Assembly: GCA_018992685.1 (NCBI GenBank)
Contig: JACVGT010000021.1
Span: 1-64,000 of the forward strand
DNA length: 64,000 nt
DNA from: Theionarchaea archaeon
GTDB taxonomy: Archaea > Methanobacteriota_B > Thermococci > Methanofastidiosales > SZ-28-30
Direction of reading: 5' to 3'
The notes under the pieces were generated by a model. That model ran no database searches and was not told where the DNA came from. It was given only the letters and a program-made list of their open reading frames with translations. The translations under genes and the position numbers were made by a program. Numbering within the stretch: the stretch's first letter is position 1; every line of letters starts with the position of its first letter. Below, one piece after another: positions 1-9,105 of this stretch.

Positions 1-70
1 CTTCTGTCACTGTGAGGTGTTCTTCCTCTGGCAGTTGGAGTAATTTCCATCGTTCTGTTACCACGTCCAA
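1..70 (-). CDS. N-terminus of putative IS481-like transposase (partial)
   Basis: GAAGGTGA RBS, then TTG start reading (M)DVVTERWKLLQLPEEEHLTVTE, resembling the lead-in to the IS481 N-terminal HTH. Confidence 0.55.
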   Translation of the reverse strand, partial: MDVVTERWKLLQLPEEEHLTVTE

Positions 71-142
71 TGGGATCACCTTCTGCCAAAGTGTTACCCA
101 TGTCTCTACTTACTTTTGTTACCCATGTCCCTACTTATTACA
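1..142 (-). mobile_element. Left end of an IS481-family-like insertion sequence (runs off the window start)
   Basis: Minus strand begins TGTAATAAGTAGGGACATGGGTAACA. Two 21-bp direct repeats TGTTACCCATGTC(T/C)CTACTTA lie at 92-112 and 117-137. A TGT terminus with repeated binding sites is typical of IS481-type ends. Confidence 0.7.
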
Positions 143-181
143 GTGTACCGCAATCACCAAGCAACCCCAATAATCCCCCAG

Positions 182-523
182 TCACAGGAGAGACAGGTTA
201 CCAGTAATGACATCAATTTCCTCAGCTCTTGCGGGTCCAATTCCCACTGCAGTCTTGGTGCCAGGAGGGATCTGAGTGAGGCCGGCATCTTGAATTAACG
301 TGGTAGGCAGCCCTGCGCGTTTTGCCCTGTCAAAAATGATGACCAGATCATATTCACTTTTTACCTTGAGAACCACTTTTTTCTGATTCTCCTCAATCCA
401 CGCTTTCTGATCTTTCTGCGGGGCTCTCACGTATGCCTCCAGAGAAGCGTGTGCCACCTGGGCAGCCAATTTCCCTTTCCCCAGTTTCAGGTCTGTTCTT
501 ACCACAATCACCTGTTTGAACAC
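182..523 (-). CDS. pth2: Peptidyl-tRNA hydrolase Pth2
   Basis: KQVIVVRTDLKLGKGKLAAQVAHA and DAGLTQIPPGTKTAVGIGP motifs; start placed at GTG 523. Confidence 0.95.
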   Translation of the reverse strand: MFKQVIVVRTDLKLGKGKLAAQVAHASLEAYVRAPQKDQKAWIEENQKKVVLKVKSEYDLVIIFDRAKRAGLPTTLIQDAGLTQIPPGTKTAVGIGPARAEEIDVITGNLSLL

Positions 524-675
524 GCTTCTGTATGTCTGCTGATTATATAAATATTGCATATGGTCACTCTCTTCACGTTCCCCACATGCATGAAGATTGG
601 ATCAAAGTCGGGGAAAAGTGAGAACCGTGAGGAACCGAGAGTAAAAGTTTAAATGATCGTTTCGCTAGCACAATT

Positions 676-921
676 ATGAGTGAAGAAGCTTTTTCCGTAG
701 ATTTTTCCCTGTATGTACTCAACCTGGTTACTACAGCACTGTACCATTTTGGAGATCTGGGAGATAAAAAGGATACTGAAGCTGCGAGATCAGTTATTGA
801 CATCCTGCTGATGTTAAAGGAGAAGACAAAGGGAAATCTGACTTCAGAAGAACAGAAAACATTAGATGAATCCATACATGATCTCCAGATCCGATATCTT
901 CAGGAAATCAAGTACCTCTGA
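676..921 (+). CDS. DUF1844 family protein
   Basis: IDILLMLKEKTKGNLTSEE...L..RY signature. Confidence 0.8.
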   Translation: MSEEAFSVDFSLYVLNLVTTALYHFGDLGDKKDTEAARSVIDILLMLKEKTKGNLTSEEQKTLDESIHDLQIRYLQEIKYL

Positions 922-1398
922 TAGGACATTGATGAAGGAATGAATGTTATGGTGAGTTTCAGTAAATTTCTCGTAATTCTACAGAAGTAGAGAGGGACAT
1001 TACGTCCCTCTGAAAAGGGAGATGAAAGATGTTGAAATACTAACGTGTTTAACACATAAATAGAGACTTCTCTATATATAAACAATAGTATGCCATTTTT
1101 TTATAACCATGGAAAAAAAGAAAATCATCCTCATAAAATCATGATTGAATCTTGATTTAAGGGAAAAAGAAGAAAAAAGGGAGGTGAAGATGTAAGCGTA
1201 GGGAAAACACTAGAGATACCACAGAATTCTGGCATTACTTTCTCATTCCGTGATCTTCTCCTGTGTTTGTCATCTACTATATCATAGGGTAGCAGGAAAT
1301 ATAAACAATGTTACAGCGAAAAATTATAACCATGAGAAAAGACGATTTTTGAATGTTGACCTTCGATGAACGAGCTTCTTCCCCTCTCATTTGAGAAA

Positions 1399-1472
1399 TG
1401 GGCCCGTCGAGATTCGAACTCGAGACCTCCGCCTTGTCAAGGCGACGTCATAACCACCTAGACTACGGGCCC
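1399..1472 (-). tRNA. tRNA-Val(GAC)
   Basis: GGGCCCG acceptor stem, anticodon arm TCGCC-TTGACAA-GGCGG, T arm GTTCGAATC; TTAAATA box ~25 bp upstream. Confidence 0.97.
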
Positions 1473-1593
1473 TACAACACCATGCGGATGTTCCTATTTA
1501 AGCTTTTGCCCTTTTCTGCGAATAGTAACAAGCAAGACAAACAAAAATCACTATCAGGATAGCACTTGCCCTAGGAGATAATTACTGAAGGAT

Positions 1594-1821
1594 TCAGGAC
1601 GCAATGAGAGTTGATGTCAGTTTTATGTTTTTCATTTTTCTCAGCCTCTGAGTGAGGAATGCGTCCAGGTCAGTGAGGCTTTCCACCTTGACTCTCAGTA
1701 TGATATCCCACTCTCCGTATAAAATGTCAGCGAATTCTACTTCTTTCATTCTCTCCAGTTCCTCTGCAACCACCTTTTCTTTCCCTATGGTGGTAGCAAC
1801 CAGGATATATGCTGTGATCAC
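1594..1821 (-). CDS. Lrp/AsnC ligand-binding (RAM) domain protein
   Basis: AYILV...LYGEWDIILRV...TSTLIA stand-alone RAM pattern. Confidence 0.9.
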   Translation of the reverse strand: MITAYILVATTIGKEKVVAEELERMKEVEFADILYGEWDIILRVKVESLTDLDAFLTQRLRKMKNIKLTSTLIAS

Positions 1822-2147
1822 GCAACCACTGTTTCGTGCTCTTCATGTAAGACTTAAAAACCTTTCTGCTGATCGGATTCTGAGATCAAGAATGAGATTT
1901 CTTATGGCATCTTCACAACTTATCCACCGTGTACTGAATATATATCACCAAGATGATTATCATGCTAGAAATACGTACTGAGAGCAGAATAACAATCATT
2001 TTTTCCGTTCCTTGTCCGTATTCTATAATTAAAATGGAATCTAATTCATTTTTCAAGAAATTACAACAAAAAAGAAACTGCATGAGATATACACAACTTT
2101 TCAGAAGGTTTAAAAGCCCGAACATCAAGAGCTATGCAGGTGATCCT

Positions 2148-2504
2148 ATGATCCTTGATATTGACAATGTCTCCCACCCTGTCAAGAATCTGGAAAGAGC
2201 AGTGGTATTCTACAGGGATGTTCTGCAGCTTGACCTTCGGTTCATAGCGAAGGAGATGGGCTGGGCCGAATTCGATGTGGGAGGCTCCACTCTGGCATTG
2301 AGGGAAATAAAGTCTGGATTTGTTCCTTCTCAGTCATCGATTTGTTTTCTGGTGACTGAGATAGAAGAAGAAGTAGAACGGCTCAAGAAGGAAGAGACAC
2401 ATTTCTTAGGCGAGATTGAAGACATACCCGGTGGACAAGGGCGCGTTGTGGGATTCCTTGATGTTGATGGAAACAGACTCGATTTTTATGAACCACCTCA
2501 GTAG
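2148..2504 (+). CDS. VOC/glyoxalase family protein
   Basis: IDNVSHPVKNLERAVVFYRDVL and DVDGNRL motifs; AGGTGA RBS before ATG 2148. Confidence 0.9.
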   Translation: MILDIDNVSHPVKNLERAVVFYRDVLQLDLRFIAKEMGWAEFDVGGSTLALREIKSGFVPSQSSICFLVTEIEEEVERLKKEETHFLGEIEDIPGGQGRVVGFLDVDGNRLDFYEPPQ

Positions 2505-2508
2505 ATGA

Positions 2509-3663
2509 CTATTCTTCTACAAATGCTACGAGGAGTGCTGCCACCGTTGATGTCGCCATGGCGAACATAAATGGTGCAGTCATTCCATACGTGTCCCAGA
2601 GCAATCCAGCAATCATGGAGGCAGCAAAAGCACATAGCCCCATGACCATCTGGTAGGCCCCCAGTATAGAAGCTTTTCTGGAAGGTGGAGCCAGCTCTGA
2701 CACCAGGGTTCTTTGTACTGGATCTAGGGCGCCTTTGTGCATGCCGTACAGGAAAAGCAAAGGTATGATGGCATATGCACTTTTCTGGGGATCAGTTCCC
2801 CCACAGACTGCAAATCCAGCACACAAAAGCCCGAATAGCGCAAATGCAATCATGAGTACGGTCTTTCTACTGGTTCTGTCTGCCATTTTTCCAAAGGGAT
2901 AGGAAAAGGCTGAAGCTGTTGCAGTGAAAATAAGATACAACACAGGGATGAATCCAGTAGAGTATCCTGAATCCCTTGCAAAGATCAACATGAAGGAATA
3001 GCTAAATGCACCTACAGCAAATATCGCAGAAAGAATGAAGAACAGCTTCAGGTTTGGCGTAAGATCTTTCAGGGAGAGACTGACATAGGCACTACCAGTT
3101 TTTCTTTCCTTAACTAGGTAGAGAATGAAAAACGCTCCCAGCAGGGATGGGAATGCTGCTACAAAAAACAGGGGCCTGTAGCCGATTTTCTGCACCACAG
3201 CAATGCACACCAGGATGCCACATACAGCTCCTAGATTGTCCAGGGTGCGCAAGAAGCCGAAGGCTGCTCCTCTTGTCTTTCTGGTGGACAAATCTGCCAG
3301 CATGGCGTCTCTGGGTGCTCCTCGTATCTTACCCAGCCGATCCATTATTCTGAAAGGCACCAGGTGATAGATAGAAATTGATGCAGCATACCCAATACGG
3401 GATACTGAAGCGAAAACATAGCCCAGCCAGATGAAGACTTTTCGCTTCTGGAGCCTATCAGAGAGGAATCCGCTGCCTGCCTGTGAAAAAGAGACTAGTG
3501 CCTCCCCCAGTCCATCCAGAAATCCAAGAAAGGTCATACTTCCTCCCAGGACAGAGGTAACAAAGAGGGGCCACACAGGATACACCATGTCTGATCCCAG
3601 GTCATTGAGAAAGGAAGCCAGCGCAAAAGCTTTTAGAGTCCTCCTGCTTCGGTTCTCATTCAT
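2509..3663 (-). CDS. MFS transporter
   Basis: About 12 hydrophobic segments; GFLSDRLQKRK and DRLGKIRGAPRDA motifs. Confidence 0.92.
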   Translation of the reverse strand: MNENRSRRTLKAFALASFLNDLGSDMVYPVWPLFVTSVLGGSMTFLGFLDGLGEALVSFSQAGSGFLSDRLQKRKVFIWLGYVFASVSRIGYAASISIYHLVPFRIMDRLGKIRGAPRDAMLADLSTRKTRGAAFGFLRTLDNLGAVCGILVCIAVVQKIGYRPLFFVAAFPSLLGAFFILYLVKERKTGSAYVSLSLKDLTPNLKLFFILSAIFAVGAFSYSFMLIFARDSGYSTGFIPVLYLIFTATASAFSYPFGKMADRTSRKTVLMIAFALFGLLCAGFAVCGGTDPQKSAYAIIPLLFLYGMHKGALDPVQRTLVSELAPPSRKASILGAYQMVMGLCAFAASMIAGLLWDTYGMTAPFMFAMATSTVAALLVAFVEE

Positions 3664-3704
3664 GGGGGGAGAAAAGAGCCACTGTCTTATAAAGGTTAGG
3701 CTGT

Positions 3705-3960
3705 TCCGCAGGTTTACCCGCTATCGCAGCTCAGTAGATTTGAGAGGTCGCTGAATGAATATGTTACCTCAAATCTCTGCTGGAGGACAGCAGATCAATG
3801 CAAACTTCAACATGAGGGTTCTCGTCCTTCTGTCCCTATCTTGGGCGTCTGTTGCTGGCCCTGAACCTACCTCCCCACCAGTTGTTTTACCGAGTACCAA
3901 CGGAATACTCCAGTAGTCGCAGCTAGCTCGCCTTTTCGGTAAGGCGTTGGTCTGGGTGAT
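3705..3960 (-). ncRNA. Candidate structured non-coding RNA, family not recognised
   Basis: Six consecutive stem-loops in a gene-free gap; G-U pairs favour the minus strand. Confidence 0.4.
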
Positions 3961-4059
3961 TCCTGATTCATGTCACAAGAAAAGTCCTGGCAAGATGCCT
4001 AATCCTAAGAATATGCGATGATGAGATAATCTTATAAAGTTCGTCTGATAACCAATTTC

Positions 4060-4365
4060 ATGATCAGGAGAATTCCGGCCGCCATTAGACGTATCGAAGA
4101 CATTTCCGACGAGCCCAGAGTCAGTGTGGTGGGGACCGTTATCAAGCGTGGGGAAGCGGAATTCATCCTAGATGACGGCACTGGCCAGCTGACTGTAATC
4201 ACATCGGAAGACCCAGCAGTGAAGGAAAGGGAAATCGTGAGAGTCATTGGGAAAGTATACGGCACAACACTCGAGGCTGAAATTGTTCACCCCCTCAAAA
4301 ACATTAACATGCAGCTCTATCTCAAAATGTACGAACTGAGAAAGAAGGTATACGGTAGTCAGTAA
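4060..4365 (+). CDS. Small OB-fold protein, RPA14/RPA3-like subunit
   Basis: RRIPA...RVSVVGTV...ILDDGTG...VRVIGK...AEIV, matching Thermococcales RPA14. Confidence 0.8.
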   Translation: MIRRIPAAIRRIEDISDEPRVSVVGTVIKRGEAEFILDDGTGQLTVITSEDPAVKEREIVRVIGKVYGTTLEAEIVHPLKNINMQLYLKMYELRKKVYGSQ

Positions 4366-4424
4366 CCATGATCCAATATCCAAACCGTGAAATCCCAGAT
4401 ATCAGCAGGAAGAGCCAACATGTT

Positions 4425-4757
4425 TCACATCTGCAGTAAGGAGTCTACTTCTTGCCGAATGATCAACGGCGAAGTGTGTTCATCCATCATGATCCCGATG
4501 AAGTAGTCCTGATGCTTGATGATCATCATGCGATAGTCTGAACCTTCTATGATTACCTGTTTAACGTCTCCAAGATCCAGTGAATTGGCAATCTCTTCTG
4601 CAGTGGCTCCTGCAAAGACTGATATTGCTCCTTCACTTTCGGGATCTTTCAACGTGGACGCCAAAACCACGCCGTCTCTGGCTACCACAACGGCCCCATT
4701 TACTCCCTCAATTCGGGACATGTCGTTGACAAGCCGTTTCAAAACTATATCCGCCAT
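4425..4757 (-). CDS. Roadblock/LC7 domain protein
   Basis: GVNGAVVVARDGVVLAS and LGDVKQVIIEG pattern. Confidence 0.9.
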   Translation of the reverse strand: MADIVLKRLVNDMSRIEGVNGAVVVARDGVVLASTLKDPESEGAISVFAGATAEEIANSLDLGDVKQVIIEGSDYRMMIIKHQDYFIGIMMDEHTSPLIIRQEVDSLLQM

Positions 4758-4761
4758 TTCA

Positions 4762-4962
4762 TCACCACAGTTTGAGATTCCTAAATTCCTTTATATCCTC
4801 AGCAAGCTTATATAGCTCTTCATCTGTAATTTCCATCTTCCGCTTGAGGTCGGTGAGATCTTTTGTCAGTTGCTTGATCCTAATATACAAGATGGCGATT
4901 ATCAAAAGGGCAATCAACGTTTCCATGATCAGTACGATCAAGAGAGTTTCCGCGCTTATCAT
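4762..4962 (-). CDS. Small single-TM coiled-coil protein in the minD operon
   Basis: N-terminal hydrophobic helix plus heptad tail; 1-bp gap after minD, 4-bp gap before roadblock. Confidence 0.75.
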   Translation of the reverse strand: MISAETLLIVLIMETLIALLIIAILYIRIKQLTKDLTDLKRKMEITDEELYKLAEDIKEFRNLKLW

Positions 4963-4963
4963 A

Positions 4964-5749
4964 TTACTCACCAAATATTGATCTCACAAAGCGAGAGACA
5001 ACACCTTCCTCTCTCTCTGTTTCTGGTTCTGCAAATTCCTCTCCAATCATTTTCGTTGCCAACCGTCGATATGCAATGGCAGCAGGAGAATCTTCGCTGC
5101 GTATGACAATAGGAGTCTTGAAAGCAGAAGACCGCCTTACCTCTGGATCTTCTGGAATGATTTCCAGAATCTTAACACCCAAGATCTTTTCCACTTCTCG
5201 CATAGACAGATCAGTCTTCTCGAAGTTGGCACGATTCAGTATTGCACCCGAAACACGAGAACCCACCATCTCTGTCATGATCTTGGTTTTTAGAGCATCT
5301 GCCATAGATGATATTTCAGGGTTGACCACTAGAACAACCTCATCCGCAACAGCCAAGGGTATCACGCCGTCCCTGGACAGGCCAGCGGGTGCATCGATAA
5401 GCAGAAATTCAGTTCCCTTGAGCAGCTCAATCATAGCATCTTGAAGCTTCTCCGGATTGGACTTCTGAAATCCTGACAGTGAAACGCCGCAGGGGACTAC
5501 AATAACTCCACCGGGTCCTTTGTACATAGCATCCTTGATGTCTGCCTCGCCAGCCAGCACTTCGTGAAGCGTGACCCTGCTCTTTTCCATGCCGAGGATG
5601 AGAGCAAGGTTGGCCATGGCAATGTCAGCATCGAGGATGATGGTCTTCTTTCCCAGCAAAGCTAAAGCTGTACCTAGATTTGCAGTGGCAGTAGTCTTTC
5701 CTGTTCCCCCTTTTCCAGATGCAATGGTAATTACTCGAGGATTGTACAT
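4964..5749 (-). CDS. minD: Archaeal MinD/ParA-family ATPase
   Basis: Deviant Walker A SGKGGTGKTT, DADIAMANL, IDAPAG, C-terminal amphipathic helix. Confidence 0.92.
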   Translation of the reverse strand: MYNPRVITIASGKGGTGKTTATANLGTALALLGKKTIILDADIAMANLALILGMEKSRVTLHEVLAGEADIKDAMYKGPGGVIVVPCGVSLSGFQKSNPEKLQDAMIELLKGTEFLLIDAPAGLSRDGVIPLAVADEVVLVVNPEISSMADALKTKIMTEMVGSRVSGAILNRANFEKTDLSMREVEKILGVKILEIIPEDPEVRRSSAFKTPIVIRSEDSPAAIAYRRLATKMIGEEFAEPETEREEGVVSRFVRSIFGE

Positions 5750-6487
5750 ATTGGGCTTTTTACTGGTAAAGTATATATATCTTTTGGTTCACACAGCATT
5801 TCTTCCCGTAATATGTATGTATAAGATCGGGTGACATGGCAGTATTGAGTGGACATGAGAAGTTACATGCCAATAAGCTGGTGTTATTCTCACCACAGGG
5901 AGAGGACGGGAACATCGCTGCATTTTCAGGGGGAACCTCCCTCATGAAATGACAGGTATCCGCCGAGAATCGGCAGATTCTGCTGATGAAGGCACAGTAA
6001 TCAAGGTGTTGAACATTTTCCATTAAGAGATATGTTTATATACAATGAATTATAACTTATACAGGGTTGAAAGACTTTAACAAGCAATAGTCTGGACAGA
6101 ACAGTGGAGGTGTTCACAATGAGCAGAAGACCAAAGTATAGAACAACACGATTGCCTGGGAAGGGCTCTGAAAGACTTCCTGAACCATATGTGCTTTTCC
6201 CATGAGATTGAAGGGGCAATTCAGACCAAGGGGCAACCAGATGCGTGATCAGTGAACGTTTGGGGATGGAGAAGAACGATCTTCAGTTGAGAGGACATGG
6301 TAAAGGGGAGTCTGTATGAGGGAAGCTGGATTCTCATCAGAATGGCTAGTCACCCTTTGTTGATGTCTGGCCAAGGAACCCCGGGGGGTGCACTATGACA
6401 CCCCTGCCTCAGGCTAACTAGTGTTACGTTTTCTCTGACACGGGACAATTCCAGCGAATTTGTAAATTCACGTTCTGAGAATAATCA

Positions 6488-7103
6488 ATGAAGAAAGTTG
6501 TGATAACGGCACGAAAAAAAGACATCCATAATATGGAGGAATTGCTGAAAAATTCCACTTCTAGGACCTATCTACGCATTTTCTGTCTGTGTGGCCTTAG
6601 GAAGAGTCAAAGATGTTCTGAAGACTGTTGGGAACCTCACTGGTCTTCTCTTCATGGTAATTGTTGTTTCCTGTATTGCCACTATCCTGTTATCACACGT
6701 AACAGACCTCTCCTTAACAGCTGAAATCAGAGCCCGAATGGATTCAAACTTCATATATATTCTCATGGCCATCCTCCTGGGATTTGCCACCATGTGTGCC
6801 CTCTCCAAGGATATCTCTGAGAGTATTGCTGGGGTAGCCATTGCGGCGGCGTTGCTGCCACCTGCTGTGGTGTCAGGCATAAGCCTGGTGCTCTATCCTG
6901 AAGAATTCATAACGCCTCTCGTCCTCACCCTAGAGAATGTCCTGGGGCTCATGGCGGGAAGTCTGGCCGCCACTTCCATACTCCACATCAGGCCCAGGAG
7001 AATCCACAGAAAAGCGGTAGCTAGACGTCTTATTTTCAGAACAGCATCTGTATTGGCTGTTCTTCTTTCCTTACTGATCTTGGTCTCAATCTTTCTGGAC
7101 TGA
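6488..7103 (+). pseudogene. TIGR00341/DUF389 membrane protein with internal deletion and frameshift
   Basis: N-terminus MKKVVITARKKDIHNMEELLK in one frame jumps at ~6552 to IPLLGPIYAFS...GVAIAAALLPP in another frame. Confidence 0.7.
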
Positions 7104-7241
7104 TGGAATCCTTGAAAGCTGGTGACCATCAGGAAGACGAAGATCATGAGGATTCGGCAGCCACTACCAAGAAGAGTATTTTCATGGGGGACGCATATCG
7201 AAATCAAAAAGTATTTAAGAATTAGAAATATCTCTTCTTGT

Positions 7242-8189
7242 ATGGAAGAAGTCACTTTAAAAATTCAAAAAAGGGCGGTTAAAAGCCGTGGTAGGGCCAG
7301 GTTGAACAAATCAATGCTTTCAAGACTAGGCACAGAAGAAGAATCTAAACTGGAGATTATTAACAGTGCAGCTGATAGATCTGTGACGGTCACGTTGTTT
7401 GCTGATTCCATGGTTGAAGAGGGCTTTATTAGGCTGAGTGAAGAGGATCTGGAAGCTCTGGGACTCGATGAAGGAGATACTGTTGTTATCAGGAGAAAGG
7501 CACCCATTTCTGAACAGGTTAGAGATCGTGCCGAAGAAGCTGCAGAAAAGATCTCTGAAGGAATAGACAAGATTGGAGAGCGGGCCACAGAAACTGCAAG
7601 AAAAGTTGGTGAAGAGATTGATGAAGTGGAAGAATCAGTACGCGAAGGAATTGGTAAGGCACGGGTCAGCACCTCTCAAGCAGCAGATGTGGTAAAAGAA
7701 ACTGTTTCGAAGGCATACGGAAGGGTGGTTGTGGAGACAGCACCGGTGACGGGGCGGATTGAAACTGCAACCAAGGAAGCAGTGAGCAAGATCAAAGAAG
7801 GAGTCTCTCCCACAGCAGAAATGGCTGAAGCAAAAGCAAAAGAGGTCTATCAGAGAATCGTGGATGACCTGCCCTCTCTCAAAGATCGGTTGTCCAAAGC
7901 AGCAGAACCGGTGGTCAATCGGTTGAGGCCCGACCAAGGTACAAAGCTGCTGGAGGCCCTGAGGGGCGCTGAAGGTGTTATCCAGACAGCCACCATAAAG
8001 TCCGATGCTGTGGCTGATAAATTGATTAGAGAGCTTGAGCTTCCCGCAGATGTGGTGATTTCTGCAGTGCAGCGCAATCAGGAGATTGTCATTCCCAAAG
8101 GAGAAACGCGGCTTGTGAAGGGTGACATTGTTTACCTCGTTGGGAAAGAGGAACCAATCGCACAGAGCATCAGGATGATGGAGGGGTAG
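7242..8189 (+). CDS. CDC48_N-like double-psi beta-barrel + amphipathic helical repeats + TrkA-C (RCK_C) protein
   Basis: GRARL...LG / GFIRL...LGLDEGDTV duplication; Ala/Glu/Lys-rich middle; IRELELP..VVISAVQR....VIPKGETRLVKGD; TATA at 7212. Confidence 0.8.
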   Translation: MEEVTLKIQKRAVKSRGRARLNKSMLSRLGTEEESKLEIINSAADRSVTVTLFADSMVEEGFIRLSEEDLEALGLDEGDTVVIRRKAPISEQVRDRAEEAAEKISEGIDKIGERATETARKVGEEIDEVEESVREGIGKARVSTSQAADVVKETVSKAYGRVVVETAPVTGRIETATKEAVSKIKEGVSPTAEMAEAKAKEVYQRIVDDLPSLKDRLSKAAEPVVNRLRPDQGTKLLEALRGAEGVIQTATIKSDAVADKLIRELELPADVVISAVQRNQEIVIPKGETRLVKGDIVYLVGKEEPIAQSIRMMEG

Positions 8190-8190
8190 C

Positions 8191-8571
8191 ATGGATCTGG
8201 TGCTCACCTCTGATGAGCTCATCACTGTTGGCGTCATTCTCGTAGCCCTCATCTTCGTGTATTTAATAATACGGGAATTCCGGCTCATGAAAACTGATGC
8301 TCGAAAAATGGAAATAGAGCTTGACAGAGAGAAGTTGAAGCTTTTGCAGCAGGATGTGCTCTCCAAGGGTTACCCCTTCACCAGAATGACCTCAGAACAG
8401 TTGAACTACCTCAAGGAAATTGATGAGCAGAATTTTGTGCTGGAAACAGATATCTACGCTAGAGAGAAATCAGCAGAATCCCGATTGAAACGACTCGAAA
8501 ACTATGTTAAACTGGAGAAACTGGATCGATTGCTGGAAAGAATAAAGAAGGAAGAGAAGAAAATAAGGTGA
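8191..8571 (+). CDS. Single-TM coiled-coil hypothetical protein
   Basis: N-terminal TM helix, charged heptads, 1-bp gap to upstream gene. Confidence 0.8.
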   Translation: MDLVLTSDELITVGVILVALIFVYLIIREFRLMKTDARKMEIELDREKLKLLQQDVLSKGYPFTRMTSEQLNYLKEIDEQNFVLETDIYAREKSAESRLKRLENYVKLEKLDRLLERIKKEEKKIR

Positions 8572-8575
8572 ATCC

Positions 8576-8884
8576 ATGTATCCAACAACCACGAGAACGA
8601 GATTAGGAGATTCTCCTCATGTGAGGAGAATATACGGCCTCCCCTCATCACTTGGAGACAGAATACCCACTCTTGAGAGGACGCTTGATGCGTACTTTGA
8701 CATTCACTTTGAAGACATCATACATGAGTGGCAACTGTTGACAGACAATGACCTGCGTGATCTGGAATCGAGGCTTGACCACGTAACCAGGGAGATCACT
8801 GCGTTATACACACAGAAATCTGATCTGGAAAAGAGAGCTGATGCCTTGAGAAAGGAGCTCGAGAACCTGGAGGGATCACCATGA
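8576..8884 (+). CDS. Coiled-coil paralog 1 (LDxYxD...I.EW.L motif)
   Basis: LDAYFDIHFEDIIHEWQLLT then coiled coil. Confidence 0.8.
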   Translation: MYPTTTRTRLGDSPHVRRIYGLPSSLGDRIPTLERTLDAYFDIHFEDIIHEWQLLTDNDLRDLESRLDHVTREITALYTQKSDLEKRADALRKELENLEGSP

Positions 8885-9105
8885 AAGTAATTGACGACTA
8901 TCTTGATGAATATCTGGATCGCAACATGGAATTCCTCATTGAAGAATGGGATCTGGCATCTACAAGGAATATTTCAAGCCTTTCTCGCCGAATACGAGAG
9001 CTTGAGGGCGGTGTGGATCCTGTGAAAGATTTTTGTGACCAGGCGTCCCGGAGACTCGGTGAGCTTGAAGCACGACTCAAAAAATTAAAGGAGGGTTCAC
9101 CATGA
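8881..9105 (+). CDS. Coiled-coil paralog 2
   Basis: LDEYLDRNMEFLIEEWDLAS; ATGA overlap with upstream gene. Confidence 0.8.
   Translation: MKVIDDYLDEYLDRNMEFLIEEWDLASTRNISSLSRRIRELEGGVDPVKDFCDQASRRLGELEARLKKLKEGSP

Noticed and set aside
92-137. Direct repeats as a CRISPR array
   Set aside because: Only two copies 4 bp apart; better explained as IS end repeats. No CRISPR array seen anywhere in the window.
1178-1211. RBS followed by ATG-TAA, and TGTAAGCGTAGGGA resembling the IS end
   Set aside because: Short matches with no supporting structure
3885-3895. TTTTACCGAGT shared with 25175-25185
   Set aside because: An 11-bp match is expected by chance in 64 kb, and the flanks do not align
3705-3960. 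SRP RNA, cobalamin riboswitch or group I/II intron identity for the structured element
   Set aside because: Required conserved motifs not found by eye
5760-6023. Cys-rich 87-aa minus-strand ORF
   Set aside because: Runs through the minD promoter and has no recognisable motif
7265-8366. Long antisense ORFs here and over many other genes (e.g. 44971-45561, 52338-52928, 63440-63871)
   Set aside because: Shadow frames of well-supported genes on the opposite strand
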